Counted from the first letter of the stretch, positions 9,599 through 20,144 are shown. The stretch: DNA of 64,000 bases from Clostridia bacterium (GCA_026415435.1 JAOAHC010000040.1:137456-201455); one strand, 5' to 3'. Numbers and translations: made by a program. Notes: generated by a model not told the origin, from the sequence alone.

Positions 9599-10317
9599 AT
9601 GTATTAGCAGTTGATACTTCAACTAAAAGAGCTTGTGTAGCTGTTCAAAACAGTTATGATATTATCTCAAAAGATATTCTAAATGAAATAACACATTCTG
9701 AAAAGCTTCTTCCATTAGTAGATGAAGTACTTACAAAATCTAATCTGAATTTAAAAAATATTGACTTATACTGTGTAACAAATGGTCCTGGTTCGTTTAC
9801 AGGAATAAGAATAGGTCTTGCAACTATAAAAGCTATGGCTCACGTAAATAAAAAAAATATTTTTTGTATTAGTTCTCTCCTACTACTTGCATATATGGAA
9901 TATGAAAAAAGAGAAAATAGAAACATTAGAGAAATGTACATATGTCCTCTAATGGATGCTAGAAACAATAGAGTATACTACTCTTTATACAAGATAAGCG
10001 CTAATGAAAACGGTACAATAAATATAGAAACATTACTTGAACCATCTAATGATTATATTTATGATGCAGTAAAAAACATATCTAAACTTAATGTTAATTG
10101 TATATATACTGGTGATTGTTTGCAAAATTTTAAAGAATACATAAATTTAGATAATGTAGACAAGAGCCAAGTAATTTATCCTGATGCAAGCTATATTATT
10201 AAATTATATAATAACCTTGAAAATACAAACGATTATATACGTAACTACTTAGAATTAGATGCACTTTATGCAAGGGTTTCTCAAGCAGAAAGAGAGTCAG
10301 AAAATGCAAATAAATAA
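9595..10317 (+). CDS. tsaB: tRNA threonylcarbamoyladenosine biosynthesis protein TsaB (YeaZ)
   Basis: 240 aa. MNVLAVDTST...CVAV N-terminus typical of the Kae1/YeaZ family. Overlaps tsaE by 4 nt. Confidence 0.75.
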   Translation: MNVLAVDTSTKRACVAVQNSYDIISKDILNEITHSEKLLPLVDEVLTKSNLNLKNIDLYCVTNGPGSFTGIRIGLATIKAMAHVNKKNIFCISSLLLLAYMEYEKRENRNIREMYICPLMDARNNRVYYSLYKISANENGTINIETLLEPSNDYIYDAVKNISKLNVNCIYTGDCLQNFKEYINLDNVDKSQVIYPDASYIIKLYNNLENTNDYIRNYLELDALYARVSQAERESENANK

Positions 10318-10747
10318 AATGGATATATCTGATATTGATGATGTTTTGAATTTAGAGAAATCTCAAGACATTAATATTTTATCAAAAGACTCATTATTAT
10401 CAGATTTAAAAAATGAAAGTTCAAGATATTATATTCTTAAACTTAATGAAAAAATTGTTGGCTATATAGGTAGTAAGATTTTAGTTGATAGCTTAGATAT
10501 TGAGTCTATTGTTATAAAAAAAGATTTACAAAATAAAGGTTATGGTAAAATACTTCTAAAGCATGTTATAGAAGTTGCTAAAAACGAAAATATTCAGAAT
10601 ATATTTTTAGAAGTAAGATGCTCAAATATACCTGCCATAAAATTATATGAAAAATTTGGTTTTAAGAAGCTTAATGTAAGAAAAAATTATTATAAAAATC
10701 CTGTAGAGGATGCAGCAATATATGTACTTAACTTAAGTATTTTTTAA
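10304..10747 (+). CDS. rimI: Ribosomal-protein-alanine N-acetyltransferase RimI (GNAT)
   Basis: The track ORF begins at 10259 inside tsaB. The likely start is the ATG at 10304 (MQINKMDISD). GNAT motif QNKGYGKILL. Its position after tsaE-tsaB is canonical. Confidence 0.65.
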   Translation: MQINKMDISDIDDVLNLEKSQDINILSKDSLLSDLKNESSRYYILKLNEKIVGYIGSKILVDSLDIESIVIKKDLQNKGYGKILLKHVIEVAKNENIQNIFLEVRCSNIPAIKLYEKFGFKKLNVRKNYYKNPVEDAAIYVLNLSIF

Positions 10748-10764
10748 AAAGTTTAATAAATGTA

Positions 10765-10800
10765 AATACACACCCCTATAATATAAGGAGTGTGTATTTT
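10765..10800. terminator. Bidirectional terminator hairpin between rimI and the convergent 10807..11184 gene
   Basis: aaatacacac / gtgtgtattt inverted repeat followed by a T-run. Confidence 0.5.
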
Positions 10801-10806
10801 ATGTCT

Positions 10807-11184
10807 CTATTGAGTTTTTAGATTAGTTTTTCTGTTTATAAAAATAATTAATAGGATTATGACTACAGACATAGATGAAATTAAAAATATTATAACCATA
10901 TACTTTGTTTCTACAGCTTTATTTTCTTTCCTTAATTCTTCTGCATCATTTTTCGCGTAATACAGTTTTGAAAGTAAAACTGCGCCCTCAGCTGTACTGG
11001 CATAAAGTTTTAATCTTTCTTCATTAATCCCTTCATTTTTTAAAACTTCCGAATAGTACTTATTTTTCGTTTTATCATAACCAATGAACTCTGCTTTACA
11101 TGTAGAATTGAAGAAATTGAGTATAAACGCCACCAAAACAAACATAATAATTACCCGTGAACAAAAATTAATTAATTTTTTCAT
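10807..11184 (-). CDS. Hypothetical membrane protein (N-terminal signal/TM and C-terminal TM)
   Basis: 125 aa with two hydrophobic segments. No recognisable motif. Confidence 0.4.
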   Translation of the reverse strand: MKKLINFCSRVIIMFVLVAFILNFFNSTCKAEFIGYDKTKNKYYSEVLKNEGINEERLKLYASTAEGAVLLSKLYYAKNDAEELRKENKAVETKYMVIIFLISSMSVVIILLIIFINRKTNLKTQ

Positions 11185-11418
11185 ATATAATCCCCCTAAA
11201 TTTTTATTAGACTTAATATTAATATGAATATATTAATATTATACCATATTATGTCAACATAATCAATATATTCGACAAGAATAACAAGTTAAAAGCATAA
11301 ATACAACAAATATAACATTTTTTACACTTTTTTAATATATTTTGTTGAAATTTTTTTTAATATATAATAAAATACAAATAACAAATACTAAGTATATAAT
11401 TACAACGTACAAAAGATT

Positions 11419-13833
11419 ATGGAGGAAACTATGAAGTTTAAAAAATTAGACTACACTGATTTAAAAAACAAATGCGATAATACTGAACTTAATTTCAGTA
11501 AAACTACTGAACTAGAACCATTTTGCGGTATAATTGGTCAGGAAAGAGCTCTTAGGGCTATAAAAACTGCGGTTGATATAAAAGAAAAAGGATTTAATTT
11601 ATATGTTAGTGGTAACATAGGTATTGGTAAAACTGCCTATGTACTTTCTGTTGTAAATAGTATAGCTCAAAATGAAAAAGTACCTAATGATTACTGCTAT
11701 ATATATAATTTCGATAATCCTAATGAACCAATATCAATATCTTTAGAACCAGGTATGGGAATTGAATTTAAATTTGATATGAATAGATTTATAACAAAAC
11801 TTATGGAACGCCTTCAAAAGGATCTAAGTGGCGATACCTATGAAAAAGAAAAGAAAAATATTAATGATAGATACTCAAAATCTAAAGAAAAAATAATGAA
11901 AGATTTTGATAGATATACAACTGAACAAGGTTTCAAAATAAGAAACACTGAAAATGGTATCTACTTCTCTCCTATATATAATGGTGTTATATTAAATGAA
12001 CAAGAATTTAGTATTTTAGATGAAAAAATAAAAAAACAATTTGAAGAAAAAAGTCCTAAAATACAAGAACAAACTTTAGAAATTTTAAAAAGAATTGATA
12101 TTATAGATAAAGAATGTGCTAATGTTATAACTGAGTGGCAAACAAACTTGGTTACTTTTGCAGTTACTCAATGTATGAGTGATCTGAAACTGAAATATAA
12201 AAACAATTTAAAGATCCAAAACTTCCTATACTCTATCCAAAGTGATGTTGTAAAAAATATAGAATATTTTAAACAATATCAAGAAAGTTTAAAAAATCCT
12301 CAAGGACAACAAGCTCAATATATTGCTCAAAGAGCTGATGCAAAACCTTGGGAGAACTATAGAGTTAATTTGATTATTGACAATGATAAACTTGAACATG
12401 CTCCTGTAATCATATGCAAAAATCCAAACTATTTTGATCTTTTTGGAAAACTTGAATTTGAAAGTTCAGTTACAGGTATGCGTACAAATTATACAATGTT
12501 AAAACCAGGCCTTTTACATAAAGCAAACGGTGGTTATATAATTATAAATATTGCTGACTTACTTGTAAGTATGCCTACATGGGAAGCTTTTAAAAGAGTT
12601 CTAAGAAATCAAGAATTGACTATTGATAGTTCTAGAGATCTTTCTCAACCTGTGACTATAATGTCACTTAAGCCAGAACCTATCCCACTTAATGTTGAGG
12701 TTATTTTGATTGGATCTGAATTAAACTATCAACAATTATGTAATTTAGACGTTACCTTTAAAAAGATGTTTAAAATAAAAGCAGATTTTGATGATACTTA
12801 TGAAAGAACACCTGAAAACACTATGAAACTTGCAAGATATATTGCATATATATGTAAAAAATATAATCTTCTTGCTTTTAATTGTTCAGCTGTTGCAGAA
12901 ATAATAGAATATAGTTCTAGATGTTCAAATGACAAAAACAAGCTTACAGCTATTATGCAAGACATCATCGATGTTATAATTGAGTCTAATAGTGTTGCAA
13001 AAAATCTTAATAAAAAAATAGTAAGTTCAAATGAAGTTGAAGCTGCTCTTAAAGCAAGAAGCAAAAGATATTCAAAATATGGTGATAATTTAAAAAATAT
13101 GATTACTGATGGTACAATAATGATATCTACCGATGGAGAAAAAATTGGACAGATTAATGGTCTTACAATTATATCTAATGGTGATTTAACATTTGGTATG
13201 CCAGTGAGAATTACTGCAAATACATTTATAGGTAAAAGTGGAATTTTAAATATAGAAAGAGAAGTTTTAATGAGTGGTACATCTCACTCTAAAGGTGTAT
13301 TTATCTTATCAGCATATATAGGAGAAAAATATGCACAAGACATACCTTTATCTTTAACAGCAAGTATTTGTTTTGAGCAATTATATAATGGTGTTGATGG
13401 TGATAGTGCTTCATCTACAGAACTATATGCAATACTATCTAGCCTATCTTCTACTCCTATAAAACAAAATTTAGCTGTTACTGGATCAGTTAACCAAAAA
13501 GGTGAAATACAGCCTATTGGTGGTGTATCTGATAAAATAGAAGGTTTCTTCAAAATATGTAAAGAGCATGGTTTAGATGGAACTCATGGTGTATTGATAC
13601 CACATCAAAATGTTAAAAATCTAAATTTAGATAATGAAATAGTTGAAGCAGTAAAAAATAACTTATTTAGCATCTACCCTGTTTCTACAATTGATGAAGG
13701 TATAGAAATACTAACTGGAGTGAAATCTGGTAAATTATTAAAAGATGGTAATTATGAAAAAGGAAGTATAAACTTCTTAGTAAGTGAAAAACTAAAAAAA
13801 TATGCTGAGAAAAGCTTGAATTTTAAACAATAA
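11419..13833 (+). CDS. Lon-like AAA+ ATP-dependent protease (COG1067 / LonB-LonC-like)
   Basis: 804 aa. Walker A SGNIGIGKTAY. The C-terminal Lon protease domain has DGDSASS (catalytic Ser) and IGGVSDKIEG (catalytic Lys). Confidence 0.6.
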   Translation: MEETMKFKKLDYTDLKNKCDNTELNFSKTTELEPFCGIIGQERALRAIKTAVDIKEKGFNLYVSGNIGIGKTAYVLSVVNSIAQNEKVPNDYCYIYNFDNPNEPISISLEPGMGIEFKFDMNRFITKLMERLQKDLSGDTYEKEKKNINDRYSKSKEKIMKDFDRYTTEQGFKIRNTENGIYFSPIYNGVILNEQEFSILDEKIKKQFEEKSPKIQEQTLEILKRIDIIDKECANVITEWQTNLVTFAVTQCMSDLKLKYKNNLKIQNFLYSIQSDVVKNIEYFKQYQESLKNPQGQQAQYIAQRADAKPWENYRVNLIIDNDKLEHAPVIICKNPNYFDLFGKLEFESSVTGMRTNYTMLKPGLLHKANGGYIIINIADLLVSMPTWEAFKRVLRNQELTIDSSRDLSQPVTIMSLKPEPIPLNVEVILIGSELNYQQLCNLDVTFKKMFKIKADFDDTYERTPENTMKLARYIAYICKKYNLLAFNCSAVAEIIEYSSRCSNDKNKLTAIMQDIIDVIIESNSVAKNLNKKIVSSNEVEAALKARSKRYSKYGDNLKNMITDGTIMISTDGEKIGQINGLTIISNGDLTFGMPVRITANTFIGKSGILNIEREVLMSGTSHSKGVFILSAYIGEKYAQDIPLSLTASICFEQLYNGVDGDSASSTELYAILSSLSSTPIKQNLAVTGSVNQKGEIQPIGGVSDKIEGFFKICKEHGLDGTHGVLIPHQNVKNLNLDNEIVEAVKNNLFSIYPVSTIDEGIEILTGVKSGKLLKDGNYEKGSINFLVSEKLKKYAEKSLNFKQ

Positions 13834-13842
13834 TAAAAAAAG

Positions 13843-13876
13843 ATCACCAGGTAATTTTATCTGGTGATTATTTTTT
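13843..13876. terminator. Bidirectional terminator between the Lon-like gene and the convergent GGDEF gene
   Basis: atcaccag / ctggtgat stem, then tattttttgg. Confidence 0.55.
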
Positions 13877-14575
13877 GGAAATGAAATAGTCAATATTTCT
13901 TTCCTTAGCTCGATACATTGCAGTGTCAGCACGCTTAATCAGTTTATCCTTATTAGTTTCTTGACTTGGATAAAAGGATATTCCGATATTAAAACTATAA
14001 TCTAAATTAGGCTCCGTGCTTTTATAAATCTCTAAAATCTGCAATAAATCGTTATTGATGGTTTCTTCAGAGCTTCCCTTTATAATTACTATAAACTCGT
14101 CTCCACCAACTCTATAAGTTTGATACTCACATGGTAAGGATAACATATACTCTGCAAATTTTTTTAACACGTGATCTCCGTGATCGTGACCTTTTGTGTC
14201 ATTCAGTTTTTTAAAACCTACGAAGTCAATGTAGCACACAGCAAATTTCATCTTTCTAAAAATCAAAACATCTATATCATCATTTAACTTCTTTCTAGAG
14301 TATAAGCCTGTTAAATGATCTATTTCTAATCTTGACTTCATTTCTGTATATATATATGAAGAGATGAAATAGCTACTTGTGACTACGAGTATAATAAATG
14401 TGAATAAACTGTAAATGACATACCTTAATACTATTTTGAAAATTTCACTGTCTTCATCAACATATTGACGAATCTCGTTTACTAGTTTGAAATTTAAAAA
14501 TAGTATTATACTTACAAAGATAACCAAGGTCAGCATGAGTATTAATATAAGTCGTTCCTTTTTTATCCGTAACAT
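13868..14575 (-). CDS. Membrane-anchored diguanylate cyclase (GGDEF domain)
   Basis: 235 aa. N-terminal TM segments. DHLTGLYSR, RVGGDEFIVII (intact GGDEF motif) and RADTAMYRAK. Confidence 0.75.
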   Translation of the reverse strand: MLRIKKERLILILMLTLVIFVSIILFLNFKLVNEIRQYVDEDSEIFKIVLRYVIYSLFTFIILVVTSSYFISSYIYTEMKSRLEIDHLTGLYSRKKLNDDIDVLIFRKMKFAVCYIDFVGFKKLNDTKGHDHGDHVLKKFAEYMLSLPCEYQTYRVGGDEFIVIIKGSSEETINNDLLQILEIYKSTEPNLDYSFNIGISFYPSQETNKDKLIKRADTAMYRAKERNIDYFISKK

Positions 14576-14643
14576 GACTATTTTTCTCTCCCTTCTTAAT
14601 TAATTTAACATTAGTCAAATTTCAAAATAACGAATTCTAATAT

Positions 14644-14672
14644 ATTATATTACTGGTTACAATATTTGTAAA
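14644..14672 (-). promoter_or_regulatory. Sigma-A-like promoter for the GGDEF gene (TTTACA, 17 nt, TATAAT on the minus strand)
   Basis: Minus-strand hexamers at 14667-14672 (-35) and 14644-14649 (-10). A GAAGGGAGAG RBS precedes the ATG at 14575. Confidence 0.35.
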
Positions 14673-14780
14673 AACATTTGCTATTTTTTGCTATTTTTTG
14701 ACAAAACTTTCGGTAACAAACTTATAAATATTATTATATTTTGTTAATTTTAACATATAATCATATGGTTTTTGAAATAT

Positions 14781-15866
14781 TTATAGTATAACTCCTCCAC
14801 CAACTACAACATCATTATCGTAAAAAACTACCGCTTGGCCAGGAGTAATTGCTCTTTGTGCTTCTTCAAAAACTACCTTAACATTACCATCTTCACACTG
14901 AGATATAGTTGCATCTGCTTTTTTAGCAGAGTATCTTATTTTTGCTTTTACTTTCATACGATTAAGTAATTTCTCAAATGGCATAAAATTAACTTCTTTA
15001 CATATCAATTCTTTTTTATATAATTCATTTTCTTCGCCAAGTACAACTTGATCATTTTTAGCATCAATATTAACTACATACATTGGTTTTTTAAACGACA
15101 TTTTAAGTCCTCTTCTTTGTCCGATTGTATAGTTAATAATTCCTTCATGTTTTGCAATAAAATTACCTTTAGTATCTACAAAATTACCTACTTTAGGTAT
15201 ATAGTTATATTTTTCTTTTATAAACTTTGCATAATCATTGTCTTCAACAAAACAAATTTCTTGACTTTCTTGTTTATTTGCTGTTATAAGATCATTTTCC
15301 CTTGCTATTTGTCTTACTTCTTCTTTTGTATAGTCTCCTAGAGGAAAAATTATATGTTTTAATTGTTCTTGCGTTAAGTTATATAAAGCATATGTTTGAT
15401 CTTTTTTATCAGTAACAGATTCTTTTAAATAGTACCTACCCGTTTCACTGTTATATTCAACTTTTGCATAATGTCCAGTTGCAATATATTCAGCATCAAA
15501 TACTGTTTTTGCCTTATTTAACAAAGTTTCAAATTTAACATACTTATTGCATGCAATACATGGATTTGGTGTTTTACCAGATATGTATTCTTGAACAAAA
15601 TAATCTATAACATCTTTTTTAAATGTATCTTTAAAGTTTAGAGAATAATATGGTATATCCAACTTATCACATACTCGTCTTGCGTCATTTACCGCACTAA
15701 CAGCGCAGCATGCCTTCTCACAAACCTTTTCTGTCTCTTCACGTTGCCATACATTCATAGTTATCCCTATTACTTCATATCCTTGTTTTTTTAAAAGCAG
15801 TGCAGCGACAGAACTGTCTACTCCACCACTCATTCCTACTACTACTTTTTTCTTTTCCATTTTCAT
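14781..15866 (-). CDS. mnmA: tRNA-specific 2-thiouridylase MnmA
   Basis: 361 aa. VVVGMSGGVDSSVAA PP-loop and conserved Cys residues. Overall MnmA architecture. Confidence 0.85.
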   Translation of the reverse strand: MKMEKKKVVVGMSGGVDSSVAALLLKKQGYEVIGITMNVWQREETEKVCEKACCAVSAVNDARRVCDKLDIPYYSLNFKDTFKKDVIDYFVQEYISGKTPNPCIACNKYVKFETLLNKAKTVFDAEYIATGHYAKVEYNSETGRYYLKESVTDKKDQTYALYNLTQEQLKHIIFPLGDYTKEEVRQIARENDLITANKQESQEICFVEDNDYAKFIKEKYNYIPKVGNFVDTKGNFIAKHEGIINYTIGQRRGLKMSFKKPMYVVNIDAKNDQVVLGEENELYKKELICKEVNFMPFEKLLNRMKVKAKIRYSAKKADATISQCEDGNVKVVFEEAQRAITPGQAVVFYDNDVVVGGGVIL

Positions 15867-15910
15867 CTTCCTTTAACTTTAATTACATAATATATTATAC
15901 CATTAAAGTC

Positions 15911-15943
15911 AAAAAAAAGCTAGCAATATATATGCTAGCTTTT
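15911..15943 (-). terminator. Rho-independent terminator downstream of the ABC transporter genes
   Basis: aaaagctagca / tgctagctttt stem, followed by 8 T on the minus strand. Confidence 0.55.
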
Positions 15944-15963
15944 AAATAATTAATTTTTAATAT

Positions 15964-18021
15964 TTATTTTCTTCTTAATGCCTCTATCGGATCCATTCTT
16001 GCTGCTTTAACTGATGGTATCATACCAGCAAATAAAGCTAAGAAAGCACATACTAAAACTAATATTATAGCAATTACAGGGTCTAATACTGCAACCTTAA
16101 CACTATCAATTTGCATTCCACTGCTCTTAATTAACATAGATACCGCATAATTTATTATCTCACACATACCATAAGATACTGCTACTCCTATAATCCCCGA
16201 AAACAGTCCAATTATTGCTGATTCAGATAAAAATATATTACGTATATCTTTTCTTCTTGCACCAATTGCTCTTAATATTCCTATTTCTGATATTCTTTCT
16301 AACACTGATATAAATATTACTATACCAATCATAAGAATAGCAACTATAACTGATATACTTGAAAATCCAATTAATACATTTCTTACTGTATCCATAAATA
16401 CCTGCACACCATCTAATATAGTATCTGCAGATCCTTTAAATTCATATTTTGTTTGACTTGAATTTAGGTTATTTATTGTATCTTTTATTTGTGTATTTGA
16501 TAAATTAGATTTCAGATATAAATAAGCCCTCACGTACTTCATATCTTCTTTTTTTGTCTCAGTTAAATCTGCATAAAGTTGATTTATTTGATCTGAAGTC
16601 TGGTATATTGAATTTCCCATAGTATTTATTGATGTAATACCTACTATTTTAAAAGTGACTATTCTATTTTTATCGCTGTCTCTACCAACATACATATTTG
16701 GTCCATACTTTACATATAGATTCTTACCTACTAAGCTTTTTATATTTTCATCATTACTACCCTCACCAAGTAAAGTTTGAGCTGTATTTAAAGATATTAC
16801 TATTTCTTCTGTATTTTCAGGTTTTCTACCAGATGTCAAACTATTATTTATATTTTCGTATGGTTCAGGACCATTAAGTAACATAAATGATTCATCCTCA
16901 AAGTCTGCAGATTTAGCATTATCTTCATTTAAAGAAACCTCACTAAAAAAATCTTGCATTGCTGAGGCAGGAACTGGCCAAAAATGGCTTATATTACTAT
17001 TTAACTTTTTTATATTTTCTAAATCATTATAGGTATATTCCGGTAAACTTTTCGGATTTAAACCTATATTTATAGCATCTTTGTTGCTGCTAGATTTTAA
17101 ATCTATAGTTACCATATTAACTGGCATTATACTTTCTACTTGATCTCTCACTATCTTAGTACTACCATTACTTAATGCAAATGCAAGTGCAATACCCACT
17201 ATTCCAATTGACATACCAATTGATGTAGCAATTGTTCTTGCTTTTTTAGTCCAAAGACTTTTAAGTGAATGCGTAAATGCTGTCATATATGACATAACTG
17301 ATCTTGTATACTTTTTTTCCTGTTCATCTTTATTCACTAGCTCTGTCTTATTTTCTATATTTATTATTTTACCATCTTCCATGCTTATAACGGTATCAGC
17401 AAATTCTTCTGCTAAAGCTTCGCTGTGAGTTATAACTATAACTAGTTTATCTTTTGAAAGTTCTTTTAATTTAACCATAACTTCATGGCCAATTCTAGTG
17501 TCTAGAGCTCCAGTTGGTTCGTCTGCAAGTATTATATCTGGATCATTTGCTAAGGCTCTTGCAATAGCAATTCTTTGTTTTTGTCCTCCCGATAATACAT
17601 TTACTTTTCTTTTTGCAAACCTCTCCATTTCAACCATTTTAAGAAGTGAATATATCTTATCTTTTTTATCCTTTATGTTAGATAAGCTAAGTGCCAATTT
17701 AACATTATCGTATGCAGTAAACTTATTAATTAGATAAAATTGTTGAAATATAAATCCAATAGTATTTTTTCTATAGCTATCTAAATCTTTTGATTTTGCT
17801 TCTTTTAAAGATTTACCATTAATTAAGACATCACCTTCAAAATCAAAATCTAACGCTCCTATTAAATTCATTAATGTAGTCTTTCCACTACCAGATGGCC
17901 CTAAAATACATACAAGTCCTGAATTTCCAAGTTCAAATTGTACATTTTCCAGAGCTGTAAAGCTCTCATTTTTCATCTTATATATCTTTGATTTTATATC
18001 TACTTTTAGCATATCTACCAC
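15964..18021 (-). CDS. Fused ABC transporter ATP-binding protein / FtsX-family permease (MacB-type)
   Basis: 685 aa. N-terminal NBD (GPSGSGKTTLMN, LSGGQKQRIAIARAL, ILADEPTGALD). C-terminal half has a large extracytoplasmic loop and FtsX-like TM helices. Confidence 0.75.
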   Translation of the reverse strand: MVDMLKVDIKSKIYKMKNESFTALENVQFELGNSGLVCILGPSGSGKTTLMNLIGALDFDFEGDVLINGKSLKEAKSKDLDSYRKNTIGFIFQQFYLINKFTAYDNVKLALSLSNIKDKKDKIYSLLKMVEMERFAKRKVNVLSGGQKQRIAIARALANDPDIILADEPTGALDTRIGHEVMVKLKELSKDKLVIVITHSEALAEEFADTVISMEDGKIINIENKTELVNKDEQEKKYTRSVMSYMTAFTHSLKSLWTKKARTIATSIGMSIGIVGIALAFALSNGSTKIVRDQVESIMPVNMVTIDLKSSSNKDAINIGLNPKSLPEYTYNDLENIKKLNSNISHFWPVPASAMQDFFSEVSLNEDNAKSADFEDESFMLLNGPEPYENINNSLTSGRKPENTEEIVISLNTAQTLLGEGSNDENIKSLVGKNLYVKYGPNMYVGRDSDKNRIVTFKIVGITSINTMGNSIYQTSDQINQLYADLTETKKEDMKYVRAYLYLKSNLSNTQIKDTINNLNSSQTKYEFKGSADTILDGVQVFMDTVRNVLIGFSSISVIVAILMIGIVIFISVLERISEIGILRAIGARRKDIRNIFLSESAIIGLFSGIIGVAVSYGMCEIINYAVSMLIKSSGMQIDSVKVAVLDPVIAIILVLVCAFLALFAGMIPSVKAARMDPIEALRRK

Positions 18022-18023
18022 CC

Positions 18024-20123
18024 CTATTCATCCCTTAATGCATCTATTACATGCATTTTTGTTGCCTTTTTAGATGGCAAATATCCTGCTATGAAAGTTA
18101 TAAGAGCACTAAATAATATTATTGAAATTAAAGTTGCAAATGGAAAGCTTAAATTAGTAAATGGTATTCTTGATATAGGTATACTAACTATACCTGGTAA
18201 ATCTAGGTTAAGATATTTTGATATCAAAATCTCAATAATTGGTGCAAGTACGAAAGCAACTATTACACCAAGTATTCCAGAAAATACTCCCATTAAAATA
18301 GCCTCACACTCAAATATTCTTATTACATCCTTATTTCTTCCACCAACTGCTTTTATTATCCCTATTTCAGTTTTTCTCTCAACTATGCTTGAATATAGTA
18401 CTATAGCAGTCATAATTGATGAGACTATTAAAGCAACTATAATGAAAATACTTATTACTATTTGTGCCATTAATATAAGCTGAGCAAATATTGTTTTTAA
18501 TGAAATAGCCATATTTTTTGCACTATAACCGTTTTTTTCATTACCACCTTGAGAGTCAAAACTAACTTTAGTTCCAGAACCACCATTTTCTTTATTATTT
18601 ATATAATCAGCTACCTCTTTATTATCTTTAACATTTGATAAAATAAGCTCATACCCACCCTTATTTTGAGTAAAATAATCATAAGCTGTTTTATTCTCTA
18701 AATTTACACCTTTAAGCCAACTTACTACATAATCATAATTATAGTATAGATTAGCCATGCTCAAATCTAGTTCATTTATTATACCTGATACTATAAATTC
18801 TTTGTTAATATCCAAAGTTTCTCCTGTACTACTGGTATAATTAAGTATAATATTTACAGTTTTGCCAATTGCAAGTTTTGTGTCTTTACTTGATATATCA
18901 TTTTTTTCAAGAATACTTCTTGCAAGAGCCTGATTAACTAATACTTCATTTTTATCTATTGCTGGTAATTTACCATCAATATTTTCTATTAAAAAATCAG
19001 TGTTTTTTTCATCTGCAAGTGAACTAATACTAGAATCAGATTCAGCATTATTTATTTTAATAACAGCATTAGAAAGACCCATATGAGATCTCGTTTTTGA
19101 TATTTTTTCTTTTATTTCTTCACTATTAAAAATATTAGTATAATCATTTATATTTGTTGATGTAACTACACCTGAATCTTTACTTTTAACATTCTTTTGA
19201 ACTACTAATACATTTGCAGATCCAAATTTATTTAATTGTTTATCAATATATATATTAGCTCCATTACCAAGTCCCATTATTAAAGCAAATCCTGCTATAC
19301 CTATACATCCAGCTATTGTAGTGATAGCTACACGCCATTTCTTCTTGCTCATATTTCTAAGTGATAATTTAAAAGCTTCGTAAAATGACATACTTTTATC
19401 TTTTTTAGATAGAGTTGATTTATCTTTATTAGTACTAACTTCAAGTAAATTAGTATCACTCTCTATCTGCCCATCTCTTACTTTTATAATTCTACTAGAA
19501 TATTCGTTAGCAAGTTTATCATTATGTGTAACCATAATAATAAGTTTATCACTAGCAATACTTTTTAGTAACTCCATTATTTGTTTTCCAGTATTCTTAT
19601 CAAGAGCCCCAGTTGGTTCATCTGCAAGAATTATATCTGGATCATTAGCTAAAGCTCTTGCAATAGCAACTCTTTGCTTTTGTCCACCAGATAATTCTGA
19701 TGGCTTATGATTACTATGATTTTCTAACCCAACTTTTTTTAATAATTCCTTTGCTCTAGTACGTCTTTCATTAAGACTTAGTCCTATTAAATTCATCACA
19801 ATTTCTACGTTTTCTAAAGCAGTCAAATGCTCAATTAAGTTGAAATTTTGAAAGACAAATCCTATATTATTTTTTCTATATAAATCCCAATCTTTTTTCT
19901 TGAATTCTTTTGAACTCACATTTCCTATAACTAATTTACCAGATGAAGGTACATCTAGCCCTGCAATTATATTAAGTAATGTAGACTTTCCACTTCCAGA
20001 GGGTCCTACTATTGAAACAAATTCTCCCTTTTCAAAAGAAATATTTACATCATTTAAAGCGTAGAACTCAACACCTTTTTCAATTTTAAATACTTTGTTT
20101 ATGTTCTCTAATTTTAATAACAT
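18024..20123 (-). CDS. Fused ABC transporter ATP-binding protein / FtsX-family permease (MacB-type), paralog of the downstream gene
   Basis: 699 aa with the same architecture (GPSGSGKSTLLN, LSGGQKQRVAIARAL). 2-nt gap to its partner gene, so probably a heterodimeric pair. Confidence 0.75.
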   Translation of the reverse strand: MLLKLENINKVFKIEKGVEFYALNDVNISFEKGEFVSIVGPSGSGKSTLLNIIAGLDVPSSGKLVIGNVSSKEFKKKDWDLYRKNNIGFVFQNFNLIEHLTALENVEIVMNLIGLSLNERRTRAKELLKKVGLENHSNHKPSELSGGQKQRVAIARALANDPDIILADEPTGALDKNTGKQIMELLKSIASDKLIIMVTHNDKLANEYSSRIIKVRDGQIESDTNLLEVSTNKDKSTLSKKDKSMSFYEAFKLSLRNMSKKKWRVAITTIAGCIGIAGFALIMGLGNGANIYIDKQLNKFGSANVLVVQKNVKSKDSGVVTSTNINDYTNIFNSEEIKEKISKTRSHMGLSNAVIKINNAESDSSISSLADEKNTDFLIENIDGKLPAIDKNEVLVNQALARSILEKNDISSKDTKLAIGKTVNIILNYTSSTGETLDINKEFIVSGIINELDLSMANLYYNYDYVVSWLKGVNLENKTAYDYFTQNKGGYELILSNVKDNKEVADYINNKENGGSGTKVSFDSQGGNEKNGYSAKNMAISLKTIFAQLILMAQIVISIFIIVALIVSSIMTAIVLYSSIVERKTEIGIIKAVGGRNKDVIRIFECEAILMGVFSGILGVIVAFVLAPIIEILISKYLNLDLPGIVSIPISRIPFTNLSFPFATLISIILFSALITFIAGYLPSKKATKMHVIDALRDE

Positions 20124-20144
20124 TACAACATACTCCTCTAATAT

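Noticed and set aside
11419-13833. Lon-like protease as BrxL of a BREX defence system.
   Set aside because: No brxA/B/C, pglX (methyltransferase) or pglZ anywhere in the 64 kb. The flanks are tsaEB-rimI and a GGDEF gene.
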